IMG/VR virus record: IMGVR_UViG_3300008735_000002
Coordinates: 1-64,000 of that record
DNA from: a virus
DNA: 64,000 bases
Direction: 5' to 3' (one strand)
Shown here: positions 16,649-26,121 of the stretch, piece after piece
How the letters are laid out: each line of letters opens with the position of its first letter
How positions within the stretch are numbered: position 1 is the first letter of the stretch
Translations under genes and position numbers: made by a program
Notes under the pieces: generated by a model
What the model saw: only the letters and a program-made list of their open reading frames with translations
The model's database searches: none
Told to the model about the DNA's origin: nothing

Positions 16649-17403
16649 TTAACACCTCGCTTCTTAAGTTCATTATATTCTTTTTTGTTAATAGGGAAAT
16701 TGACATGGTCTTCGACATCCTCTGTTAGGCCGAACCTAAGCCGAATGATCTTTTCTTCTCTAGACGAGAGATTCCGGAGCGACATGACCAGCGCTTCCCT
16801 AAGCACAACCTTGTCAAGGTCATCACCTGGATCTTTGTCATCTACCCCGCCAACAATCTCAGCGAATGTACGACTGCCGGGATCATCAGAAGAGATCGGC
16901 TTATCAAGAGAAATCTGGGGTGCTCCAGATTTTCGAATAGCCTTTAGAGTCTCAACAGGCACGCCAACAGCGGTTGCGACCTCTTGGGGGGTGGGCTCAC
17001 ATTTGAATTGTTCTAGATATTCTTCTCGAAATTTATACGCCTTATACATGACGGCACGAGCAGAAGTGGGCATCTTGATAGCGCCTGACTGACCTGCAAC
17101 ATGAGACTGAACGGCTTGACGAATCCACCAAACTGCATAGGTGCTAAACTTAAAGCCCTTCCGCCAATCGAAACGATCTACAGCACGAATCAAACCGATG
17201 TTCGACTCTTGGATAAGGTCTTCAAAAGAGCAACCCTTATCTCGAAAATTCTTTGCAATCGAAATTGCGAGCCGAAGATTCGCTTGAATCATACGGTCTC
17301 TTGCAGCATTGTCGCCGGCCTCAATAGCTTTCGCTAGCTCAACTTCTTCTGCGCGGGTGAGAAGGTTATGGTTACCAATTTCTTTGAAATAACTTTCTAG
17401 CAT
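16645..17403 (-). CDS. RNA polymerase sigma70-family factor (RpoD/RpoS-like, regions 1.2-4)
   Basis: LLTRAEEVELA, NLRLAISIAK, DLIQESNIGLIRAVDRFDWRKGFKFSTYAVWWIRQAV, LSSREEKIIRLRFGL; SD GGAG before ATG 17403. Confidence 0.93.
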   Translation of the reverse strand: MLESYFKEIGNHNLLTRAEEVELAKAIEAGDNAARDRMIQANLRLAISIAKNFRDKGCSFEDLIQESNIGLIRAVDRFDWRKGFKFSTYAVWWIRQAVQSHVAGQSGAIKMPTSARAVMYKAYKFREEYLEQFKCEPTPQEVATAVGVPVETLKAIRKSGAPQISLDKPISSDDPGSRTFAEIVGGVDDKDPGDDLDKVVLREALVMSLRNLSSREEKIIRLRFGLTEDVEDHVNFPINKKEYNELKKRGVK

Positions 17404-17466
17404 CAATTATGTCTCCAGGGATGAATGAAAGAATGAAGCGACATAACTGTCCCTACCATCTTTAAT

Positions 17467-17496
17467 ATTATACACTATTTTAGCGTCGATTTGCAC
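17467..17496 (-). promoter_or_regulatory. sigma70-type promoter for the sigma gene
   Basis: GTGCAA-18-TATAAT on the minus strand. Confidence 0.55.
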
Positions 17497-17749
17497 GATT
17501 TCTGAAATTATTATTTTTCTTTCTAAGATATGCAGAGTGAGCAGCTCTACGAGCAGCCCTGCACTCTAATTCACGATAAATATAACAGATGTCAACCTCA
17601 ATAGATGCGACTCTTTCACGAAGAATATCATCCTTTCTATTACGCTTCAACTGCTCCATGAATTTGTCTCTTTTTTGTGCAAGAAAACTCATTTCACGAT
17701 TCAAACGATCATCGCGAGCGTACGGAATATCACTAGCGGTAATTGTCAT
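17480..17749 (-). CDS. hypothetical coiled-coil protein
   Basis: ORF preceded by TGGTATAAT (-10 at 17771-17776). Confidence 0.55.
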   Translation of the reverse strand: MTITASDIPYARDDRLNREMSFLAQKRDKFMEQLKRNRKDDILRERVASIEVDICYIYRELECRAARRAAHSAYLRKKNNNFRNRANRR

Positions 17750-17800
17750 TTTACGTTTACTCCCTTTTTAATTATACCAGCGTACAAAAATTGGCTGCCT

Positions 17801-19381
17801 TTATTCATCATCCCTGACCATTGCGCACCCAATCGATAACAAATTAATAGAAACACTCGACGCATTCTGGAGCGCTAATCGAGTAACCTTCGCAGGGTCT
17901 ACAATTCCAGTCTTCATGAGATTACAAACATCGCCATCAATTCCATTATATCCAAAATTCTTTGGTTTTTCAACAATCTTTTCTAGAATAACCTCAGGAA
18001 CTGACCCGCAATTAGAAGCAATCTGCTTAAGAGGTTCACATGCAGCGCTGAACAAAATCTTGTGACCAATCGAGAGAGAGTCTTTTTTATCAAGCTGCAA
18101 TTTAGCAACTTTTGCGAGCAGTGAACCTCCACCGGCTACGATCCCTTCTTGCATTGCTGCCTTCGTAGCATAGAGCGCATCTTCAACGCGGTCTTTTCTT
18201 TCGCTTATTTCAGCTTCAGTTGCTCCACCTACTCGTAAAATACCGATTCCGCTATTCATCCTCTTCACGCGGCGAGTTAAAACGCTAATCATTTCTGCAT
18301 CGCCTATGTACTCGTTCGCTGCTTCTTTTATCTGCTGAATACGGTCTTCCCTAGACTCGCTATCTCCTGTTGCGTCAATGAAGATGGTGCGGTATCTATA
18401 CGCTGCTATCTTCTTACAGGATCCCAAATCAGTGAGCTTCACATTTCGCCAGCTCGCGGGCTCACCCGTCAAGAGATCGGCTCCCAAAAGAATAGCTAAA
18501 TCATGGAGCGCTTCAAGACGAGAAGTCCCAAATTCTGGAGCAGCTAACACGCATGCCTTGATGAGGTTCTTTGTGTTGTTGAGAATAAGCCCCTGTAGCG
18601 CATCTCCCGTTGTCTCTGGGCCGATGATCACAAATGGTCTATTCTCACGTGCTGCTTCTTCCATAAAATGCATAATGTCGTGTATAGAGCTTATGCGTTG
18701 ATCAGTGACCAAAATTGCTGGATTGAAAAGTTCACAAGACATCCGAGCAGGTTTGTTCACAAAATATGGAGAAACATATCCTCTATCCAATTCACACCCG
18801 TCGACAACTTCAAGCGAAGAATCGAAACCCTTGGCTTCATCAACAGTTACTGTGCCATGATCCCCTACTGCCTTTATCGCCTCTACAATCAATTCAGCTA
18901 GATCTGGCTCATTATTAACAGAGATATTAGCGACCCTCCTTAAGTCTTCATCAGACTTTACAGGGACAGCGTTCTTTTCGATTTCATGGCAGAGAAGAGT
19001 TGTTGCCTCCCTTATACCGTCTCGAATCGCTCTTAATTCGTGCCCTCCAGCAAGAGCCTTCAACCCTTCTTGAAATATTGCGCAAGCCAAAACCGTCGCA
19101 GTTGTAGTTCCATCACCGGCTTCTTCTGCCGTACGCTGTGCAGCTTCTCTCACAATCTGAACGCCCAAATTTGCAAAACGATCTTTTAAATTGATGGCCC
19201 GAGCTACTGTCACCCCATCTTTGGTCAAGACAGGGGCGGAACCAGGGTGTTCAATCAAAACATTTTTCCCAGATGGGCCCATCGTTACACGGACAGCATC
19301 AGCCAATTGCTCAACACCGACCCTAACTAAATCTCGGGACTCTTCTGAAAATGTTATAACACGATTTTCTTGCTCAATCAT
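17801..19381 (-). CDS. groEL: GroEL-like group I chaperonin
   Basis: VTMGPSGKNV, TKDGVTVA, AGDGTTTATVLA, VGGATEAE, GIVAGGG, GIVDPAKVTR; no GGM tail. Confidence 0.95.
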   Translation of the reverse strand: MIEQENRVITFSEESRDLVRVGVEQLADAVRVTMGPSGKNVLIEHPGSAPVLTKDGVTVARAINLKDRFANLGVQIVREAAQRTAEEAGDGTTTATVLACAIFQEGLKALAGGHELRAIRDGIREATTLLCHEIEKNAVPVKSDEDLRRVANISVNNEPDLAELIVEAIKAVGDHGTVTVDEAKGFDSSLEVVDGCELDRGYVSPYFVNKPARMSCELFNPAILVTDQRISSIHDIMHFMEEAARENRPFVIIGPETTGDALQGLILNNTKNLIKACVLAAPEFGTSRLEALHDLAILLGADLLTGEPASWRNVKLTDLGSCKKIAAYRYRTIFIDATGDSESREDRIQQIKEAANEYIGDAEMISVLTRRVKRMNSGIGILRVGGATEAEISERKDRVEDALYATKAAMQEGIVAGGGSLLAKVAKLQLDKKDSLSIGHKILFSAACEPLKQIASNCGSVPEVILEKIVEKPKNFGYNGIDGDVCNLMKTGIVDPAKVTRLALQNASSVSINLLSIGCAMVRDDE

Positions 19382-19566
19382 CCTTTAAGTAACCTCTTGC
19401 CGCTGGACGATTCTTGCAGATTCTTGCTTAGAAGCCTTCTTTCGCCAGTAATCACATTGAGAGCAACAATCAAATCGCCCTCTTCTACAGCAATTTCATT
19501 TTCTTGAATTACCCCTTGTGCTCTGAGCTCCTGAAGCTTTTCAGGTGATAAAGTATTTTGTGCCAT
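19378..19566 (-). CDS. small hypothetical protein
   Basis: Coupled to groEL; not GroES-like. Confidence 0.5.
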   Translation of the reverse strand: MAQNTLSPEKLQELRAQGVIQENEIAVEEGDLIVALNVITGERRLLSKNLQESSSGKRLLKG

Positions 19567-20377
19567 CTTTCAACTCCGTAAAAGGTGCCGAATATTTCTT
19601 CCACGCACCATCGCTAATCATACTTTTAAATTTTAGTTGAGTAAAGGCATCACGTAAAGTTTCCAGAGACATTTGAGGATAAGAATATTCTACGCAAGCT
19701 CTGTCTTCTTGACCCATCGTCGTTAGCGAAATCATCGCAAGATTTTCTAAGTATTGAGAGCGATTATCGGGTCGTTTATCAAAAAAATCCTCTAAGTTCG
19801 TGCCCTCGAGCAAAGTTTGAGCCCTTTTGTTCCCAATTCCTCTAAGCCCAGCAATATTGTCTGCAGAATCACCCCTAAGAGCTTTCCATTTAGCATAGGG
19901 ATAATCTGGTATGTCTCTGAACTCTTTCTTTATCGGATTATATAGATATGTGTTTAAAGCGTCTTGACACAACTGAATGAAATCTGTGTCACTGGAAACC
20001 ACAATCTTTTCATCAGCCGAAGGTAACAGCCCAAGAACTAGATCGGCAATCACATCATCAGCCTCTGCCTCTGGGTGACGAGCAACAACAAACGGCACAC
20101 ATTCACGAATTAACGATTCTGCTTTTTTCTTTTGGGCTCTAAAGCCGTCTTTATCATGGTAGACGCGGTTGCCCTTATACGTCGGTTGCATCTCCATTCT
20201 CTTCTTTGGGTATCCGTCAAGTACAAAATAAACGTAGTCTGGTGAAAACTTCTCTACAATTGGTTTTAGACTTCGAAAGAATGTATGAACAATAACATGA
20301 TCATAATTTCGCCTATAGCACGAGTGCCTAGCACGAAAAAGTAAATTATTCGCATCAAGAATTAAGTGCTTCATCAT
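19541..20377 (-). CDS. 5'-3' exonuclease / flap endonuclease (T4 RNase H, PolA N-terminus-like)
   Basis: LILDANNL, YKGNR, EADDVIA, SSDTDFIQL, GDSADNIAGLRGIGNK. Confidence 0.9.
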   Translation of the reverse strand: MMKHLILDANNLLFRARHSCYRRNYDHVIVHTFFRSLKPIVEKFSPDYVYFVLDGYPKKRMEMQPTYKGNRVYHDKDGFRAQKKKAESLIRECVPFVVARHPEAEADDVIADLVLGLLPSADEKIVVSSDTDFIQLCQDALNTYLYNPIKKEFRDIPDYPYAKWKALRGDSADNIAGLRGIGNKRAQTLLEGTNLEDFFDKRPDNRSQYLENLAMISLTTMGQEDRACVEYSYPQMSLETLRDAFTQLKFKSMISDGAWKKYSAPFTELKDGTKYFIT

Positions 20378-20790
20378 TACATCCGCAACTTTGCGACTGT
20401 GCCATCTTCTAAGATTATAGACGCATCCTCGTCTTTTTCAAGCGTAGGAGCAGGTAAATGACTTTCTTGTTGCGGATTCGCAGCAGAAAAAGTTCCAGCT
20501 GCCTCTACAGCTGCTGCAATCAAACCGTCTATCGCCTTTGTGGTGCGAGCTATCATAAACTCTCTGATGTCTTGTGGGGTAGAAAACAAATCTAAAGTAG
20601 CAGGGTCAACTTCAACTGACTTCATAACTTTTCCAGATCGTACTTCTAGAATATAAGTCACCTTAGAAGAATTCGTCAGCGATGTTCTTACAATCTTTTC
20701 TGCGACTAGAGCCGGGATAACTTTCTCATTTTTACTTGAGATAAAATAAACGACTGTCCCAACATCGAACTCGCTATTAGCAGATTTCAT
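20377..20790 (-). CDS. hypothetical protein
   Basis: Packed ORF; FDVGTVVYFI start motif. Confidence 0.6.
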   Translation of the reverse strand: MKSANSEFDVGTVVYFISSKNEKVIPALVAEKIVRTSLTNSSKVTYILEVRSGKVMKSVEVDPATLDLFSTPQDIREFMIARTTKAIDGLIAAAVEAAGTFSAANPQQESHLPAPTLEKDEDASIILEDGTVAKLRM

Positions 20791-21442
20791 TTAGATCCTC
20801 CAGCTGGATTTTATATTGTGATGTTTTATTATACCACATCTCCAATTTTTGTGCAGCTGTTTTTCTCTGTTTTTCAGTAGTTGCTGAAGCGAGCGCGTCA
20901 TTATACTTCTTCATATAAATCATCCGCTTGTCAACAAACGAACCCACGAGGGGAGTACACTTCTTAAATGCTGAACTTTTGTTCAGCCGAGACTTGCCTC
21001 GGGAACCGGGGGATGGATCTTTAAAGTCGTTGGGAGTCAAGCCCCGAAAAAGTAGCAGTCCGACGTTCTCATGTGTTCGATCGAAAAGTAGGTAAAGAAA
21101 ATCACACTCTCCCTTCTTTTCCAGAGTTGCTTTGTCTGCCTGAAGATGCCAAGACCCGGTTTTCCCTTGACATACCACTTTGCACTCTAGTTCTTTATCA
21201 TCCATGCAATTAATGACAATATCTGCCTCGCCGGTGCGACCATCGTTTGCACACGCACCAAAATCCTCATCAATGACCTTCGCAAAGAAATGCTCTTGTG
21301 CTGCAGAAATCAGAATATTCTGACGACCCACGTCACCGGTAATATCAATGCCATAAGAGCTGTACAAGCCTCTGAGGTCTGAAAAAAGCTCTTTTATGTT
21401 TCCGATAGCCTTGAGTGAAGAATCTCTAGTGAGATATTGCAT
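20777..21442 (-). CDS. PD-(D/E)XK restriction-endonuclease-like protein (start moved to 21442)
   Basis: GEADIVIN...ELECK spacing; SD GGAGG; own promoter upstream. Confidence 0.5.
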   Translation of the reverse strand: MQYLTRDSSLKAIGNIKELFSDLRGLYSSYGIDITGDVGRQNILISAAQEHFFAKVIDEDFGACANDGRTGEADIVINCMDDKELECKVVCQGKTGSWHLQADKATLEKKGECDFLYLLFDRTHENVGLLLFRGLTPNDFKDPSPGSRGKSRLNKSSAFKKCTPLVGSFVDKRMIYMKKYNDALASATTEKQRKTAAQKLEMWYNKTSQYKIQLEDLNEIC

Positions 21443-21482
21443 TATAGCCTCCTGTTGGATGATGTGGTTCTCCCACATTTTT

Positions 21483-21511
21483 ATTATACCACCAATCAGG
21501 CTATTTTACAC
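21483..21511 (-). promoter_or_regulatory. sigma70-type promoter
   Basis: GTGTAA-17-TATAAT with TGn extension. Confidence 0.6.
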
Positions 21512-21516
21512 AGTTT

Positions 21517-21882
21517 TCATCCGTTGGGTGTGACATTATTACGCACATTTTCTGTGATCTTCAAGCCCTTAGGGACAGCCTCAGAAAGAGGCTCAAGGCC
21601 GAGCGCAATACGCACAGCATCGTACAGCCCCTGTGTTAACCTCTCTTTAAGAACGTTCATGTCTGCAAATTGGTGCAAATCCAGATCGACTATAGGCATT
21701 GCCTCACCTGTCGGGCCAGGTTCAAACTCACCAGTTTCACGTGCCTCGAATATAAAGAGAATATTCGGCATCTTTTCATTTTTTGGCACTTCTATAAACG
21801 GAATCTTCGAAGTTAAGCCATCATCGGCGTCTTCATAACAAATTTCGGGAACCCAATGGGCGTTCATCTCTTCGATTGACAC
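21517..21882 (-). CDS. hypothetical protein
   Basis: ORF preceded by SD GGAGG and TGATATAAT. Confidence 0.65.
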   Translation of the reverse strand: MSIEEMNAHWVPEICYEDADDGLTSKIPFIEVPKNEKMPNILFIFEARETGEFEPGPTGEAMPIVDLDLHQFADMNVLKERLTQGLYDAVRIALGLEPLSEAVPKGLKITENVRNNVTPNG

Positions 21883-21938
21883 TAATTCCTCCAGTTTGTG
21901 TGATTATATCAAAAATTCGCGAAAAATTAAAAAAATAA

Positions 21939-23156
21939 TCATATTGAAAGCAAATCGTTCTCAAGGCCGATGATCAATTCGGCATATTGCTTCCCAAGAG
22001 GGCCAGTTTTGGCCAATTCCGCTAATTCTTCACGAGTCATTTCAGCGACAAACCCAAGAAGCTGACCTACACTTTGCTCTTTGGCTTTCGTCACTACTTC
22101 TGCAAATGCAGCAGCAAGGACACCTTTGTCTACCAAAGCAAACCAATCTTCTTCTGCCGCGTTGGACGGCATAGACTTACCATCTGGCGTCTTTTTAAGA
22201 TCCTCGATCATCTTGTCTGCTTCTTCGCCGCCCTTCTTAAGAATATCCTTCTGTTCTTGGGCAGCTTTTTCCACCTCTTTAGCTTGCTCAGTCAGATCAA
22301 TACCGCCCTGAGCAACTTTCGGTATCAATGTAGCTAGTTCTTCAAAGCTCTCCACTTTCGCAACAGCGTTTAAAGACTCAATCAACTCTATCCGCTGCTT
22401 TTTGACCTCTTCAACTTCAGCCTTCTTCTGAGTGAGTATACTCTCTGCGTAACCCTTAATGTGGCCACCTGCGCCAGAATCCTCGAGCCATTTGTCTATT
22501 TCTTCTTGAACTTCGCCTTCGGCCGCAGGCTTTTCCTCCTCTTCTTCACCCTCACGAAGGATTCTTTCAAGGTCATCAATCTCATCTAAGCCCTCGGTGG
22601 TATGACCAAAGAACAATTTCTTCATATCATCTAAAATTCCTCGAATAGGACCCTTGTCATCCTGCGCTTTTTGCGCTGGCTCATATCCCATCGCAGCGCC
22701 AATAGGACCTAGCTTACTAGCGATAAATTCTGTAACGGGCTCCGCGGTGTTTTTCACTTCTGTTGCAAGACCAGCACCGAGATAAGCTCCCGGGTTCATC
22801 ATGAACATAATCAATTGAGCGTCAGGAGATGATAAGGCTGCTTTGGAAGATTCCAGAGCTTTTGACATCTCGCTCTTGTACTTGTCACGGTCCTGACGAA
22901 ATTTTCCCAGCAGCTCTTGTTGCTTCTTGGTATCAAACGTTAAAGCAGATTCGATTGTTGTAAGGGTCGCTGAAGCTACATCCTTCACAGCGACCTGCGC
23001 TACTTTGAAAACATCCACAAATGGACCAATAAATGCCTTGTAAAATTGATCCGCAGAGGGTGGAACAATATCTCCAAATGTCACACCAAAAGTCTGCTCA
23101 TTTAGAATCTTTCTGATTTCATTTCTAATAAAAATTTCGTCTAACTCTTCCATCAA
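21939..23156 (-). CDS. acidic helical putative virion/head protein
   Basis: IRNEIRKILNE tag-like N-terminus and internal ILRE site; E/K/A-rich. Confidence 0.5.
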   Translation of the reverse strand: MMEELDEIFIRNEIRKILNEQTFGVTFGDIVPPSADQFYKAFIGPFVDVFKVAQVAVKDVASATLTTIESALTFDTKKQQELLGKFRQDRDKYKSEMSKALESSKAALSSPDAQLIMFMMNPGAYLGAGLATEVKNTAEPVTEFIASKLGPIGAAMGYEPAQKAQDDKGPIRGILDDMKKLFFGHTTEGLDEIDDLERILREGEEEEEKPAAEGEVQEEIDKWLEDSGAGGHIKGYAESILTQKKAEVEEVKKQRIELIESLNAVAKVESFEELATLIPKVAQGGIDLTEQAKEVEKAAQEQKDILKKGGEEADKMIEDLKKTPDGKSMPSNAAEEDWFALVDKGVLAAAFAEVVTKAKEQSVGQLLGFVAEMTREELAELAKTGPLGKQYAELIIGLENDLLSI

Positions 23157-23386
23157 TATCGCCCCTCTATCAATGCCACACCAGTTGCAGAATAATAACT
23201 ATCCAGCAACCTCTCCTCAAATTTATTTAACTGCTGCTTTTTTGTCTTAGGGTCTCTTACAGAAAATTTTGAGCGCGATTCCGAAGGTAAAGTACAAAGC
23301 AGCATTTTTTTCAAATCAATCCAACTGTTTATAAAAAGCATCGGCCCTAGCTGAATGGCTTGTTGCGTTATTTCTTTCTCTGTCAT
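23153..23386 (-). CDS. hypothetical protein
   Basis: Coupled ORF. Confidence 0.5.
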   Translation of the reverse strand: MTEKEITQQAIQLGPMLFINSWIDLKKMLLCTLPSESRSKFSVRDPKTKKQQLNKFEERLLDSYYSATGVALIEGRY

Positions 23387-24177
23387 TTTAGCAATCCTGA
23401 AATTGGAAGTGGCGGAAGATTTGCCTTCTGTTTTGTGCGCTTTACGGAGGACTGAAATTTGCTACTACGAACTGAAAAGACTGACCCGGCAGCAGAAAAA
23501 TAGAAACCTGGGTTCTGGTGAACCGGAATATCAAAATTACTTTCCAGCAATTCATCCACAAATTCCATTTTAGCTTCCATGTATAAACTATCATCTGAAG
23601 ATAATTTGGTAAACACACCAGTGCCCGAAATATTATTTAACTTTAACTTTGGATCAACCCGGAACACAAATTCACCGTCTTCGACATGCTCATTTTGCTG
23701 CTCAATATTCTTACCTAACTTCATGAACATTCTCTCGATAAGCGGGGTCGATGAATGTTTACCCTCAAAATTTAGTCTCACAGCTTTACGAAAAATTACA
23801 GTTGGAAAATTACGCATTCCATTGATTAGAATACTTGGATGTAGAATTTCCAGTAATACCCAGCTAGATGAGCCAGGTGCGAATGGCCAGACCTCTACGC
23901 ATCTTTCTTCCACTGTTGTCAATGCGTCTAAGACAGCTTGCTCACGAGCTGGATTATTCATCCGCAATGATATCTGGCTAGCAGTTATTAATTGCGAGCC
24001 CAGGTCAAGCGGGTGGCGAGCATAAGTAAATTCACTACTCTCATGTAAGCGAACAAAAATTTTCACACACTCAAAAATGGGGCGGACGATTGGACTTTGG
24101 TGACATAAAACATCAGCCATCTCTAAAAGCTCATCATCTCTTAGCTCGATGACTTTTTGTCTTCGTTCGACCAGCAT
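23383..24177 (-). CDS. hypothetical protein
   Basis: 264-aa packed ORF. Confidence 0.6.
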   Translation of the reverse strand: MLVERRQKVIELRDDELLEMADVLCHQSPIVRPIFECVKIFVRLHESSEFTYARHPLDLGSQLITASQISLRMNNPAREQAVLDALTTVEERCVEVWPFAPGSSSWVLLEILHPSILINGMRNFPTVIFRKAVRLNFEGKHSSTPLIERMFMKLGKNIEQQNEHVEDGEFVFRVDPKLKLNNISGTGVFTKLSSDDSLYMEAKMEFVDELLESNFDIPVHQNPGFYFSAAGSVFSVRSSKFQSSVKRTKQKANLPPLPISGLLK

Positions 24178-25125
24178 CTACGCAGAATCCGCCAAGTTTA
24201 ATTTCGATTGTAATTTCTCTTCGTTATCTTGCTTATGAACTTTCTGAGCCGCCCTTAATTTTTGTCTTAGATATTTTAGCGTGCCATTTAGACTTGATCT
24301 ATCTGACGTACCTCGTCTCAAAGAATCACGCTGATCAGCAGTATCGTCTATTCGTGAAGAAATATCTTGCACACACTCAGAGCTTCCAAAATCCACTATC
24401 TGCCCGCCCATGCAACGATGCTGGTCAGAAGAGGATAGATTTTCTAAAAGTGCAATTAACTCGGGATACTTATCAGCTACCTCACCTACGATTATAGGCG
24501 CCTCGCCTGGTGGTAGACCCAGCGGTTCTGGTTCGCCAGCTGGAGTCTTATTCTCTTCCTCTGCTTCGGGTCGATCAATCTTTATCCCCAATTGGGAAGG
24601 ACGAGGGGCCTCTGAGGCTGACGTACCACCTGTCAGAATGGCACCCAGAGATGCAAGATACGTAAACAAAGCGTCACGCTCTCCCTTACCGAGCTCATCA
24701 AAATAATCCTCAAGAGCGCCAGATATCTCTTCATCCTTCAAGCTCTTTCCTGCTCGGAGATTGTTTATCTGTTTCTCGATTTGCTTATAGGAAAGTTCAG
24801 CAGGAATCACATCAGGTGCTTGGACTTCAAAGCCCCCGGTGCTTTCTTCTTCTTCACCCTCTGCGTCAGGCTTGGGCTTCGCCTCGATATCTTCCTCCTC
24901 CTCCTCTTCTTCTTCTGCGTCAGCTACTTCTTCCTCTTCCACCTCATCATCTTCTGCTTCATCAGTAATCGTTTCTTTCTTTTGCTTCGCAGGAGCCCTT
25001 AGGTCTTGCGACTCAATCTCTTTAGATTTTTCTGCCTGCTTGGATTCTTCATCGGCTAGCTTAAAGTCTTCTCGTAAAATTGTGCTAGCGATAATGTCAG
25101 CAATCTTATTTAGATTTCTTTTCAT
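24178..25125 (-). CDS. acidic low-complexity putative virion/scaffold protein
   Basis: ILRE site near the N-terminus; poly-E tract. Confidence 0.5.
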   Translation of the reverse strand: MKRNLNKIADIIASTILREDFKLADEESKQAEKSKEIESQDLRAPAKQKKETITDEAEDDEVEEEEVADAEEEEEEEEDIEAKPKPDAEGEEEESTGGFEVQAPDVIPAELSYKQIEKQINNLRAGKSLKDEEISGALEDYFDELGKGERDALFTYLASLGAILTGGTSASEAPRPSQLGIKIDRPEAEEENKTPAGEPEPLGLPPGEAPIIVGEVADKYPELIALLENLSSSDQHRCMGGQIVDFGSSECVQDISSRIDDTADQRDSLRRGTSDRSSLNGTLKYLRQKLRAAQKVHKQDNEEKLQSKLNLADSA

Positions 25126-25297
25126 TTCCCCCCCGATTCCACCTTACACGATTCTGCCATTTTTCAGCGTATAAACGAACGCGGTGTCGTTGCGGATGAT
25201 TGCTTTCATCGGTCTGAGCGCGCTCTTGCGCTTGCTTCTTTGCTGCCTGCTTCTGCTCAAGGTCTTTCATGAATTTATCAAAATACGACATTGTCAC
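25106..25297 (-). CDS. small hypothetical protein
   Basis: Packed ORF. Confidence 0.5.
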   Translation of the reverse strand: MTMSYFDKFMKDLEQKQAAKKQAQERAQTDESNHPQRHRVRLYAEKWQNRVRWNRGGNEKKSK

Positions 25298-25733
25298 TCC
25301 TAAATGTAATGTTAAGAAGATAGTGACGAGGTGCTATCTTCATAAGTTGCCAGTCTTTCAACGTGCTATCTTCGCACGAAAAACCACACTCTCCCTTTAG
25401 CGTCAAATTAACTTTCTTATCGAGGTGCATCGACTTATGAAGCCGTTGCAGCATTTCTTGCGCTACAGCGGTTACTTCAAAAGATATTGCCATATCTTGA
25501 CTGGTTTGTGAAGTAATGGTGTGAATACCCCCAGAGATTTTTGCAATGTCTAAGGGATCATCGGCACTGGATATAAAGAGCTCATGGCTGTCTGCGCTGG
25601 GTTGCTCGTCAAGATACTCAGACGAGACACCCATCATCTCTAAAAGGTCATCCGACATGATAATATTGCCCATGTCCTTTTGAGCACGTTCGTACTCCTC
25701 ATTTATTACTGTCATATTATTATCGGTGCTCAT
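25278..25733 (-). CDS. hypothetical protein
   Basis: Packed ORF. Confidence 0.55.
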   Translation of the reverse strand: MSTDNNMTVINEEYERAQKDMGNIIMSDDLLEMMGVSSEYLDEQPSADSHELFISSADDPLDIAKISGGIHTITSQTSQDMAISFEVTAVAQEMLQRLHKSMHLDKKVNLTLKGECGFSCEDSTLKDWQLMKIAPRHYLLNITFRSDNVVF

Positions 25734-26118
25734 ACCCTAACTCTCCCAACAAAGCAACATCATCGAAAATATCATCGCATCTCGCAGCATACTCTACATC
25801 AAGCTCAGTAACTGCGTCAAGATCATGCGTCCAGACCTCTATTAACATTTCCATGCCGTCGATGGTGATTTTTCCGTTATGACCGGATTGCGCTTCATCT
25901 TCTAGCAATTCTTTCAAAAACCAATTACGGGTTTCAACATCTTCAAATATAAATTTTCTTGCAAGTCGCTCGGGGGCAGCGACAATCGTCCATTCACTCT
26001 TTTCAGGAACTAAGGGCACATCAGCAGATTCTCTAACTAACCCGAATAATTCAAATTCAGGACCAGCGGTAGTTTCCTTTTCCTTCAAGTAATCTTTCAT
26101 TAGAGAATTTAGCATCAT
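25720..26118 (-). CDS. pterin-4a-carbinolamine dehydratase (PCD/PhhB)-fold protein
   Basis: RLARKFIFED, AQSGHNGKITI, VWTHDLDAVTELDVEYAARCD. Confidence 0.75.
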   Translation of the reverse strand: MMLNSLMKDYLKEKETTAGPEFELFGLVRESADVPLVPEKSEWTIVAAPERLARKFIFEDVETRNWFLKELLEDEAQSGHNGKITIDGMEMLIEVWTHDLDAVTELDVEYAARCDDIFDDVALLGELGYEHR

Positions 26119-26121
26119 TAT

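Noticed and set aside
19378-19566. GroES next to groEL
   Set aside because: 62 aa with no GroES motifs (PLxDRV, mobile loop).
24839-25174. Ser-rich plus-strand ORFs (also 30385-30759 and 30365-30607)
   Set aside because: Antisense shadows of Glu/Asp-rich coding repeats.
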